Shown here piece by piece: positions 9,084 through 17,052 of a stretch of 64,000 bases of DNA. The position numbers and the translations under genes were made by a program. The DNA lies in contig CALVZG010000031.1 in assembly GCA_944372465.1 (NCBI GenBank), positions 3,410-67,409 of the forward strand, written 5' to 3'. The stretch comes from an uncultured Clostridia bacterium. Lineage in GTDB: Bacteria > Bacillota > Clostridia > Christensenellales > UBA1242. Numbering within the stretch: position 1 is the first letter of the stretch; each line of letters begins with the position of its first letter. Below the pieces are notes generated by a model. The model had not been told where the DNA came from, did not search any database, and saw only the letters and a program-made list of their open reading frames with translations.

Positions 9084-9290
9084 ATGAAAGCAGGGGATAT
9101 CATTAAGTTTTGGAGATTGGAATTTAAATTAACTCAAAAGCAACTTGCAGAAATGATAGGTTCAACACAACAAAGTATTTCGCGTTGGGAGAACAATCAA
9201 AATATTCCATCAATATTAGATTGCGTAAAATTATCAAGGGCATTAAAAATATCACTTGATGAGATGTTTGCTGATTTAGATACAGAATAA
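9084..9290 (+). CDS. XRE-family HTH transcriptional regulator (Cro-like)
   Basis: 68 aa. Classic HTH_3 pattern LTQKQLAEMIGSTQQSISRWENNQNIPS. GGAG RBS. Confidence 0.8.
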   Translation: MKAGDIIKFWRLEFKLTQKQLAEMIGSTQQSISRWENNQNIPSILDCVKLSRALKISLDEMFADLDTE

Positions 9291-9331
9291 AAATTTCAGT
9301 TAAAAGAATTAGTTGAAAAATTAACATTTTA

Positions 9332-9361
9332 TTGTTATTAATTTTTTTAATATGTTATAAT
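9332..9361 (+). promoter_or_regulatory. extended -10 promoter abutting the tlyA start codon
   Basis: TTGTTA (9332-9337), 18 nt, then TGT-TATAAT (-10 at 9356-9361). The A of the ATG (9367) is 6 nt after the -10. No SD. Confidence 0.45.
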
Positions 9362-9366
9362 ATAAT

Positions 9367-10164
9367 ATGAGACTTGATAAATTTATATTTGAAAAAGGGT
9401 ATGTTGATTCCCGTGCAAAAGCACAACAATTGATAAAAAATGGTTTAGTGTATGTAAATGATAAAGTGGAAATTAAACCATCATTTGAAGTATTATGTAA
9501 TGAAAAAATAACTATTTCAAACTACCATAAATATGTATCACGGGGAGCATATAAACTATTGACAGCAATTTCAAAATTTGATATTGACTTTAAAGACAAA
9601 GTTGTGGCCGATATAGGTGCATCGACAGGCGGATTTACACAAGTGGCTTTAGAGCATGGTGCTAAAAAAGTGTATGCTATTGATGTAGGGAGAGGGGAAT
9701 TATCTAGTCAAATTGCAAGTGATGAAAGAGTTGTAAATTTAGAAAACACAGATTTTAGAGTTATAACCAAAGATAAAATTAAAGATACAAATTTAGTGAT
9801 AGGTGATATATCTTTTATTTCGTTAAGACATATTATGCCAAAAATTAAAGAACTTTTTGGGAGTATTAATGTTGTTATTTTGTTTAAACCGCAATTTGAA
9901 TGTGGAAAAGAATTAGCAAAAAAATATAAAGGTGTAATAAAAAATAGAGATATACATAAAAACCTTTTAAAAGAGTTTATAATTTATATAAATAGTATGG
10001 GATATAAAGTTAGCAACTTAACCTACTCTTCTATTATGGGAAAGAGTGGCAATATAGAATATCTTTTTTATATAAACGGAGAAAATCAATCTTTTAATGT
10101 GGAAGAGATTGTAGATGAGGCTTTTAATTATTTTAAAAATAAAAAAGATGATGAGCCTATATAG
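9367..10164 (+). CDS. tlyA: TlyA-family rRNA 2'-O-methyltransferase (hemolysin A-like)
   Basis: 265 aa. N-terminal S4 domain MRLDKFIFEKGYVDSRAKAQQLIKNG. FtsJ-type SAM motif DIGASTGGFTQV...AIDVG. Confidence 0.85.
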   Translation: MRLDKFIFEKGYVDSRAKAQQLIKNGLVYVNDKVEIKPSFEVLCNEKITISNYHKYVSRGAYKLLTAISKFDIDFKDKVVADIGASTGGFTQVALEHGAKKVYAIDVGRGELSSQIASDERVVNLENTDFRVITKDKIKDTNLVIGDISFISLRHIMPKIKELFGSINVVILFKPQFECGKELAKKYKGVIKNRDIHKNLLKEFIIYINSMGYKVSNLTYSSIMGKSGNIEYLFYINGENQSFNVEEIVDEAFNYFKNKKDDEPI

Positions 10165-10223
10165 TTGTTTGTGATAAACATACGCTCATAATCTTTTTTA
10201 ATAAGATTTATAATTTAAAGATT

Positions 10224-10898
10224 TTAAACTCTAGTTACATTAATAGTATTTGAATTAGTTGCCGTTGGATATAATGGTAAATCTCCTACACCGGGACAAA
10301 CATTGCAGTTTTGACATGCTTGACAAGGTGGAATTACAGGGTAACCATAAGATGGAATTAATAGGTCGACAACAGCAGTAACTTTAATCACAATTTGTAA
10401 ACAGCCTGTTACTGTGAAAGTGTTTTCAGCCGTATAAGAGCCGATAGTACTTGAGAACGCAGCATTAGCAATTATATCAATAGGCGACATAGATGGTTGA
10501 GGTACAAAAAGCACTGTGCTTTTATTTATTGTAATGCTAGAAGTACCTGTGCCAATAACACCATTTGCGTCTCTATAAGTTACCGTTAAAGGAATAGTAA
10601 TAGTCATAGTTACATTAGCATAATTAGGTGTTTGCTCAAGTCTGTCAATAACGATATCAGTTACAGTTACATCAGATCCTATTTGATTTTGTGCAGATAT
10701 ATAAGTTAAAGGGAGTGCAGGCGATGCTGGATTAAAACTTGTAACAGGGAGAATTATACCTGTTTCTGTAGTTTGTGAAACGCAGGCGTCAAAAACTTTT
10801 GTAGTTTCGATTAAAACCTTTTCACAAATCCCATTCATTGGATTACCAGAAAGTGGACCGGGACGATTAGGATTTGTATTGTTTATATAAAAAGACAT
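10224..10898 (-). CDS. hypothetical beta-rich protein with Cys-rich C-terminus (possible spore or surface structural protein)
   Basis: 224 aa. Strong AGGAGG RBS. T/S/V/I-rich sequence with a C-terminal cluster PPCQACQNCNVCPG. Monocistronic. Function not recognised. Confidence 0.55.
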   Translation of the reverse strand: MSFYINNTNPNRPGPLSGNPMNGICEKVLIETTKVFDACVSQTTETGIILPVTSFNPASPALPLTYISAQNQIGSDVTVTDIVIDRLEQTPNYANVTMTITIPLTVTYRDANGVIGTGTSSITINKSTVLFVPQPSMSPIDIIANAAFSSTIGSYTAENTFTVTGCLQIVIKVTAVVDLLIPSYGYPVIPPCQACQNCNVCPGVGDLPLYPTATNSNTINVTRV

Positions 10899-11059
10899 AA
10901 ATAAAACCTCCTATCTTTTTAAAGTTTACCAAAAGTAAACCTACTATACTAAATATATGTAGAATGATTTGCGTTTGTGAACGAAAGAAAATAATTTGCA
11001 ATGTCATAAATTGAAAAAATTTATCACATATTAAATGTTATGCAATTATTATATAATTG

Positions 11060-11088
11060 TTGACTAATAATAAGAAAATAAGTAAAAT
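11060..11088 (+). promoter_or_regulatory. candidate sigma-A promoter for prfB
   Basis: TTGACT, 17 nt, then TAAAAT, about 40 nt upstream of the prfB ATG at 11129. Confidence 0.45.
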
Positions 11089-11128
11089 ATACTTGTTTAA
11101 AGAAATAGAATGTTATGGTGAGGTAATT

Positions 11129-12230
11129 ATGATTATAGAAAATATAAAAGAAAAATTAAATACAATAGATAGCGAAATTAAATTTATAAAGGAGTGTCTT
11201 TGACGAGAATAATCTATATAAGACATTAGAAGTATTAAAAAATGAGCAGATGAAAGATAACTTTTATCTTGACCAAAAGAGAGTTTTAGAAGTTGGGAAA
11301 AAAGTCAAATCATGTGAAAGCAAAATAGGTCTTATAAAAGGACTAGAAACATTATTAAGTGATTGTAAAACTTATATTGAACTTTATGAAGAAAGTCATG
11401 ACCAAACATTAGAAAAAGAACTTGAAGAAAGTCTCAATAATCTTGAAACAGAAGTAGAGAAAGCAAAAATAAAGACACTTCTTTCAGGAAAATATGACGA
11501 TTATGATGCGATAATGACATTACATTCTGGGGCAGGAGGTACAGAAGCACAGGATTGGACTGAAATGCTTTTTAGAATGTATAAAATGTACGCAGAGAAA
11601 CAAGGCTATAAAATAAGAATTTTGGATATATTAAATGGAGATGAAGCAGGGATAAAATCAATTACTTTTGAAGTCAATGGCGACAATGCATATGGTTTTT
11701 TAAAAGCAGAAAAGGGAGTGCATAGGCTTGTTAGAATTTCACCATTTGACGCAAATGCAAGACGCCATACATCTTTTGCAAGTGTTGAAGTTATGCCTAA
11801 AATTGAAGAAAAACCTAATATAGAAATAAAACCTGAAGATTTAAAAATTGATACCTATCGTTCAAGTGGTGCAGGCGGACAGAATGTAAACAAGACAGAA
11901 AGTGCTATAAGAATAACTCATATTCCTACAGGGATAGTGGTGTCATGTCAAGTAGAACGCTCGCAATTACAAAATCGAGAAATGGCAATGCAAATGTTAT
12001 ACTCTCGCCTTGCAGAAAAAGAAGAACAAGAAGAGATGGAAAAACTTGCAAAGATAAGGGGAGAGATAAAGAAGATTGAATGGGGCAGTCAAATAAGAAG
12101 TTATGTTTTTTGCCCATATACTCTTGTAAAAGACCATAGAACAGGATATGAGGACACAAATATTCAATCTGTTATGGACGGAAATATACAAGAGTTTATA
12201 AATGAATACTTAAAGAAAATTAATTTTTAA
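11129..12230 (+). CDS. prfB: peptide chain release factor 2, made by programmed +1 frameshift: join(11129..11200,11202..12230)
   Basis: Frame 0 gives MIIENIKEKLNTIDSEIKFIKECL, then an in-frame TGA at 11201. A +1 shift on CTT-T reads GAC GAG AAT... and joins the 326-aa track ORF exactly in frame at 11250. The product is about 366 aa with the RF2 SPF and GGQ motifs. GGTGAGG RBS. Confidence 0.9.
11189..11204 (+). promoter_or_regulatory. RF2 autoregulatory +1 frameshift site
   Basis: Internal SD-like AAGGAG (11189-11194), 3 nt, then CTT TGA C (11198-11204). This is the canonical RF2 shift cassette. Confidence 0.9.
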
Positions 12231-12340
12231 TATGCTATTTTTTAAAAAACAAATATATTAAAAATATAAAAGATGAGTATTTTTGATAAAAATAAAAGAT
12301 AAGCGTAAAAGATAAATATAAAAGATAGAACTTAATTGTT

Positions 12341-12378
12341 AAGATGCTAATTATTATTAATTAAGCATCTTTTTATTT
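12341..12378 (+). terminator. rho-independent terminator after prfB
   Basis: Stem AAGATGCT / AGCATCTT around an AT-rich loop, followed by TTTTATTT. Confidence 0.55.
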
Positions 12379-12404
12379 ACAAAGATTAAATTATTTGATA
12401 TAAT
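12376..12404 (+). promoter_or_regulatory. extended -10 promoter abutting the tsaD ORF start
   Basis: TTTACA, 17 nt, then TGA-TATAAT (-10 at 12399-12404). The ATG at 12411 begins 7 nt after the -10. Confidence 0.45.
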
Positions 12405-12410
12405 ATTAAT

Positions 12411-13469
12411 ATGAATTACTACGAAAGAATGAAAGAAAAATTTAATAAGTTAAAAACAAAACAAGAAGTTATTATCCTGTCTATTGAGTCATCATGTGAT
12501 GAAACAAGCGTGGCTGTTGTTAAGAATGGTCGTGTTGTTTTGTCAAATATTATTGCATCACAAATTGAAATTCACAGGCGTTTTGGTGGAGTAGTTCCAG
12601 AAGTTGCTTCAAGAAATCATATAACGGCAATTTCAAATATATTTGAAGAGGCATTGCAAGAGGCAAATATTTCAAAAAACGATATTGATGCAGTAGCGGT
12701 AACATATGGTGCAGGGCTTATGGGTGCTTTACTTGTAGGAGTGAACTATGCAAAAGGACTTGCATATGCTTTAGATGTTCCATTAATTGCAGTAAGCCAT
12801 GTATATGGTCATATTTCAGCAAATTATATTTCACATCAAGATTTAAAACCACCTTTTGTTTGTTTGATGGTTAGTGGGGGGCATACTGCTTTATTAAGGG
12901 TTGATGATTACAATAAAATGAAATTACTTGGTACAACTGTAGATGACGCGGTTGGTGAAGCATTTGATAAAGTCGCAAGAGTTTTAGGACTACAATATCC
13001 GGGCGGACCAGAGATAGATAAACTTGCTAAAGAGGGACATTTAACATATAAATTTACTGTTTCTAATGCATTAAAAAATACATTTAATTTTTCTTTTAGC
13101 GGAATAAAAACAGAAGTTGTTAATTTAGTTCACAATAAGACACAAAAAGGTGAAGAAATAGATAAAGCAAACATAGCATATTCTTTTCAAGAATGTATAA
13201 CTGATGAATTATCAAATAAGGCTATAAAATCCTGCAAAAATCAAGAGATAAGAAAACTTGTAGTAGCGGGTGGTGTAGGAGCAAACTCAAGACTAAAAGA
13301 AAAACTTTTAAATCTTTGTACTGAAAATAATATAGAATTTTTCAGTCCAGTACTAAAATATTGCACAGATAATGCTGCAATGATAGGTTCATGTGCTTAT
13401 TATATGTTAAAAGATGGACTTGGACTTGCTCAATTAGACCTCACTGCAAAACCAAATATTGATTTATAA
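12411..13469 (+). CDS. tsaD: tRNA N6-adenosine threonylcarbamoyltransferase
   Basis: 352 aa. ILSIESSCDETSVAVV, the HxxxH-like GHISANY region and GGVGANS motifs of the Kae1/TsaD family. The first approx. 20 aa are an N-terminal extension. An alternative start at Met7 (12429) is possible. Confidence 0.9.
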   Translation: MNYYERMKEKFNKLKTKQEVIILSIESSCDETSVAVVKNGRVVLSNIIASQIEIHRRFGGVVPEVASRNHITAISNIFEEALQEANISKNDIDAVAVTYGAGLMGALLVGVNYAKGLAYALDVPLIAVSHVYGHISANYISHQDLKPPFVCLMVSGGHTALLRVDDYNKMKLLGTTVDDAVGEAFDKVARVLGLQYPGGPEIDKLAKEGHLTYKFTVSNALKNTFNFSFSGIKTEVVNLVHNKTQKGEEIDKANIAYSFQECITDELSNKAIKSCKNQEIRKLVVAGGVGANSRLKEKLLNLCTENNIEFFSPVLKYCTDNAAMIGSCAYYMLKDGLGLAQLDLTAKPNIDL

Positions 13470-13602
13470 TAAAGAAAAATTTTGCACAAGTTATAAAGAT
13501 AAATATTAAAAATTTGTATATAGTTTAATATTTAAATAATTTTAATTAAATAAAAAAATTATAAAAATAGATTTATTATAATAACTTATAAAGGAGAAAG
13601 AC

Positions 13603-14787
13603 ATGGAACTTTTAGCACCTGCAGGAAATTTTGATAAATTAGTAACAGCAGTCCACTATGGAGCTGATGCAGTTTATTTTTCAGGTAAAAGATATGGGTT
13701 AAGAGCATTTGCAGGCAATTTTAGTGAACAAGAGATATTTCAAGCAATGGAATATTTGCACAAAAACAATAAAAAAGGGTATATAACATTAAATATTGTT
13801 GCAAAAGATAATGATTTTGAAGGTTTAGATGATTACTTAAAACTTTTAATTGATGCAAAGGTTGATGGTATAATAGTTTCAGATGTAGGACTTATCTACT
13901 ATATAAGAAAGAACTTTCCGACTATAAATGTACATGTGTCGACTCAAGCAAATGTAAACAATTCACAATCAGCTAAATTTTTTGCAGATTTAGGTTGCAC
14001 AAGGATAGTGTTAGCAAGAGAATTAAATCTTGAAGATATAAAAAAACTACATAAATCTTTAGGTGATAGCATAGAATTAGAAGCATTTGTTCATGGAGCA
14101 ATGTGTATATCGTATTCAGGAAGATGTTTGCTATCAAATTATTTAAGCGGAAGGGATAGCAATCATGGGGCCTGTGTTCAAGCATGCAGATGGAAATATT
14201 ATATAAGAGAAGAAAATAGGGAAGATAGTTTACCAATTGAAGAAGATGAAAGAGGAACTTATATATTAAATTCTAAAGATATGTGTTTAATAGACCATTT
14301 AAAAGAGTTGGAAGAGGCAGGTATTTCAAGCTTAAAAATAGAGGGAAGAATGAAATCAGATTATTATGTGGCTTCTGTGGTTAATGCTTATCGACGAGCA
14401 CTAGATGGTTTTAAAGATTATGAAATTTTGCATAACGAACTTGAAAAGACAAGCCATAGAAGATATACAACAGGCTTCTATTTTAACGATGATAAAAAAG
14501 AATATTTAGAAGATTCAATGCCTGTTCAGTCTTATGTTTTTATTGCTAAAGTAGTGGAAGATGCAAAAGATGGCTATGTTAAAGTTGAAATGCGTAATCG
14601 TTTTAAAAAAGGTGATGTATTAGAGATATTAAGTCCTGATGATAATTTTTTAAAGACTATTAAAATTGATAAAATTATAGATTCAAAAGATGAAGAAATT
14701 GATGACGCAAAACGAGTTCAAGAAATAGTAAAAATTAATTGTCCATATAATTTAAAAAGTGGGGATATTTTAAGAATAGAAAAATAA
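13603..14787 (+). CDS. peptidase U32 family protein
   Basis: 394 aa. N-terminal MELLAPAGNFDKLVTAVHYGADAVYFSG and the conserved E-x-F-x-H-G-A-x-C region (LEAFVHGAMCISYSGRC). AAAGGAG RBS. Confidence 0.85.
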   Translation: MELLAPAGNFDKLVTAVHYGADAVYFSGKRYGLRAFAGNFSEQEIFQAMEYLHKNNKKGYITLNIVAKDNDFEGLDDYLKLLIDAKVDGIIVSDVGLIYYIRKNFPTINVHVSTQANVNNSQSAKFFADLGCTRIVLARELNLEDIKKLHKSLGDSIELEAFVHGAMCISYSGRCLLSNYLSGRDSNHGACVQACRWKYYIREENREDSLPIEEDERGTYILNSKDMCLIDHLKELEEAGISSLKIEGRMKSDYYVASVVNAYRRALDGFKDYEILHNELEKTSHRRYTTGFYFNDDKKEYLEDSMPVQSYVFIAKVVEDAKDGYVKVEMRNRFKKGDVLEILSPDDNFLKTIKIDKIIDSKDEEIDDAKRVQEIVKINCPYNLKSGDILRIEK

Positions 14788-14823
14788 TAAAATAATTTTT
14801 TACACAAAAATAATAAAATAAAA

Positions 14824-14850
14824 AATCACCAATATAATGGTGATTTTTTT
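14824..14850. terminator. bidirectional terminator between convergent genes
   Basis: Stem AATCACCA / TGGTGATT with 6-nt loop. A-run upstream and T7 downstream. Confidence 0.7.
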
Positions 14851-14873
14851 GAGGTAAATATTAATCATTTAGA

Positions 14874-15926
14874 TTATTCTTCGTCATCAGTCGGATTATT
14901 TTTTTGTTCTTCTTCTGCTTTTACTCTTAAAGATTCTAAGAATTTCTCAAATTCAATATCATCTTCTTCCTCTGGAGTTAAAGGTCTTTCTTCTTTAACT
15001 TGATTATCTTGTGCTTCTTCTTGAGATTGTGATTCTTTTTCTATTTCTTCTTGATTTTGAGCATCTTCTTGTTCTTTTTCTTTATCTTGGCTATCTTCCA
15101 AAGTTTTCTCTTGTGATTCTTTAATTTCTTCTATATTTTCATTATTTTCTTGAACATTTTCTTTAATTTCATTTTCTGCAATGTTTTCTTCACTTTCAGT
15201 ACTTTCAGTTGATTTTTCAGTTAGTTTTTCAACATTCTCTTCTTTAATATTTTCTTCTAATTGTTCGTCTTTTTGAATATCATTGTTATTTTCTTCATTA
15301 GAAAGGTTATTGATTTGTTCCTCACTATTAATTTGATTATCTTCTTTTGTATCTTGATTTTCTTCTATATTTTCTTGTTCTTCATCATTAACTTCTAAAG
15401 GTTTTATCTCTTCTTGATTTTCTTGTTCAACAATATTAGAATCTTCTACTTCATCTTTTTGTTCCTCTACATTTTCTTCATTTTCAATACTTTTTGTAGA
15501 GTCTGCAAGTAGTAAAGGTTTTTGATTTGCATCTTTATCATTAACTTCTACTTCTGCAACAGTTTCAGTATTTGTATTTTCTTCATCTTCATCTTCATTT
15601 TCATCTTGGAATTCATTTTGATGTTTGTTGTAAAGAGCTTGAGAAACAATGATAATCATTCCTGAAATTATTACGGCAAGAATAATTGAAACTACTAAAT
15701 TTAATGTTTCGTCATTTCTAAAGCCATCAAGGAAAGAGAAAATTAAAAATAACCAAGCTACAAAAGCGATACTAGGTATAACAAGAGCCATACTAACTAC
15801 TTTTACAAAAGAATTTAATTTTTTAGCATATTTTATTGCAAGGAAAGTTGTAGCAATAGATACAACAGATAATAAAATAGCAATAATAAATGCGGCAATT
15901 TGAGAATCAGACATATATTCGAACAT
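14874..15926 (-). CDS. membrane protein with a very long acidic low-complexity tail
   Basis: 350 aa. GGAGG RBS. About 100 N-terminal residues form 3 predicted TM helices. About 250 aa follow that are dominated by E, N, D, Q and K (for example EENIEENQDTKEDNQINSEEQ). Confidence 0.6.
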   Translation of the reverse strand: MFEYMSDSQIAAFIIAILLSVVSIATTFLAIKYAKKLNSFVKVVSMALVIPSIAFVAWLFLIFSFLDGFRNDETLNLVVSIILAVIISGMIIIVSQALYNKHQNEFQDENEDEDEENTNTETVAEVEVNDKDANQKPLLLADSTKSIENEENVEEQKDEVEDSNIVEQENQEEIKPLEVNDEEQENIEENQDTKEDNQINSEEQINNLSNEENNNDIQKDEQLEENIKEENVEKLTEKSTESTESEENIAENEIKENVQENNENIEEIKESQEKTLEDSQDKEKEQEDAQNQEEIEKESQSQEEAQDNQVKEERPLTPEEEDDIEFEKFLESLRVKAEEEQKNNPTDDEE

Positions 15927-16047
15927 AATTCCTCCATCTAACTATCAATAGTATATAACATTAATTAACTTTTGTCAATATTGTTTTTTCTTTTTTATTA
16001 AAATTTTATTTTGAAAATTTTTAATATTAGGTTATACTAATAATATA

Positions 16048-16968
16048 ATGGAAGAAATAAAAGATAAACAAAGCACAAAATTGGGCAAGAATAAAAAACT
16101 TTTTATAATAATTTCATTAGTGATTATAGTTTTGGCATTAGGAGGTATAATCACAGCATTTTTGCTTAATTATAATGTTTACGCTCCTAGCAACTTAAAG
16201 GTACTTGATGATGGAAATAATGTTTATATTTGCACTGATATGAATGATAATTATTCAAGTTATAGATTTACATTTGTTTCTAATAGCAAAGAAATAGTTA
16301 TTGATAGTCAAAATAATATGTTATCAATTAATGAACTTGAAGAATATGGTGTTGAAATAGGTCAAACTTATCAAATAACTGTTCAGTATATTGCCCAGAA
16401 TGAAGGCAACAATAGTCAAGTTAGCGAAAGTTTAACTTGGAAATCGTATAAATATCTTACTGCTCCACAACTATCCTATAATGTTTTAAATGATAGAATT
16501 GAATGGAACGCAATAAGCGGTGCTGATTATTATAAAGTTTTTATAAATGGTTTAGAGCCTATTACAACAACACAAACTTTTATTGACTTGCAAACTATAG
16601 AGGGTGGTGAAAGAGTTTTTTATGTAATAGCAATATCAAACAATGAAAATTATAAGTCTAGCATTTCAAACGAGATTAATCAAGTTGTAGTGCATAAATA
16701 CCTGCCTTTTGAAAATGCTACTTTTGATATTGATAGCAAATTAATAGTAATTACAGGTAAGGAATTACTTGAAAAAATAAATGTCTATATAGATAATAAA
16801 CAATATGAGTGTGAAAATTTTGAAACAAATTTTAATGATGGTATTTATACTTATACAATAGATATATCTTTATTTTATCAAGATAATAATTCTGTAGGAG
16901 TAAGTCCTATTACAAAAAATATCTATAATGTTTATGAAGGTGAAATAACACTTTGTCAAATTTTATAA
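16048..16968 (+). CDS. hypothetical membrane-anchored protein (Ig/FN3-like extracellular part)
   Basis: 306 aa with a single N-terminal TM (LFIIISLVIIVLALGGIITAFLL). Beta-rich remainder with an FN3-like segment (EWNAISGADYYKVFING). No SD. A TTGAAA...TATACT promoter-like pair lies close to the ATG. Confidence 0.5.
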   Translation: MEEIKDKQSTKLGKNKKLFIIISLVIIVLALGGIITAFLLNYNVYAPSNLKVLDDGNNVYICTDMNDNYSSYRFTFVSNSKEIVIDSQNNMLSINELEEYGVEIGQTYQITVQYIAQNEGNNSQVSESLTWKSYKYLTAPQLSYNVLNDRIEWNAISGADYYKVFINGLEPITTTQTFIDLQTIEGGERVFYVIAISNNENYKSSISNEINQVVVHKYLPFENATFDIDSKLIVITGKELLEKINVYIDNKQYECENFETNFNDGIYTYTIDISLFYQDNNSVGVSPITKNIYNVYEGEITLCQIL

Positions 16969-17052
16969 TCAGAAGCAAATAAAAGAAAATAAAATAAAAA
17001 ATTCACATAAAAATAAAAATAATAAGACATACTAATTAAAAGGAGACTTGGT

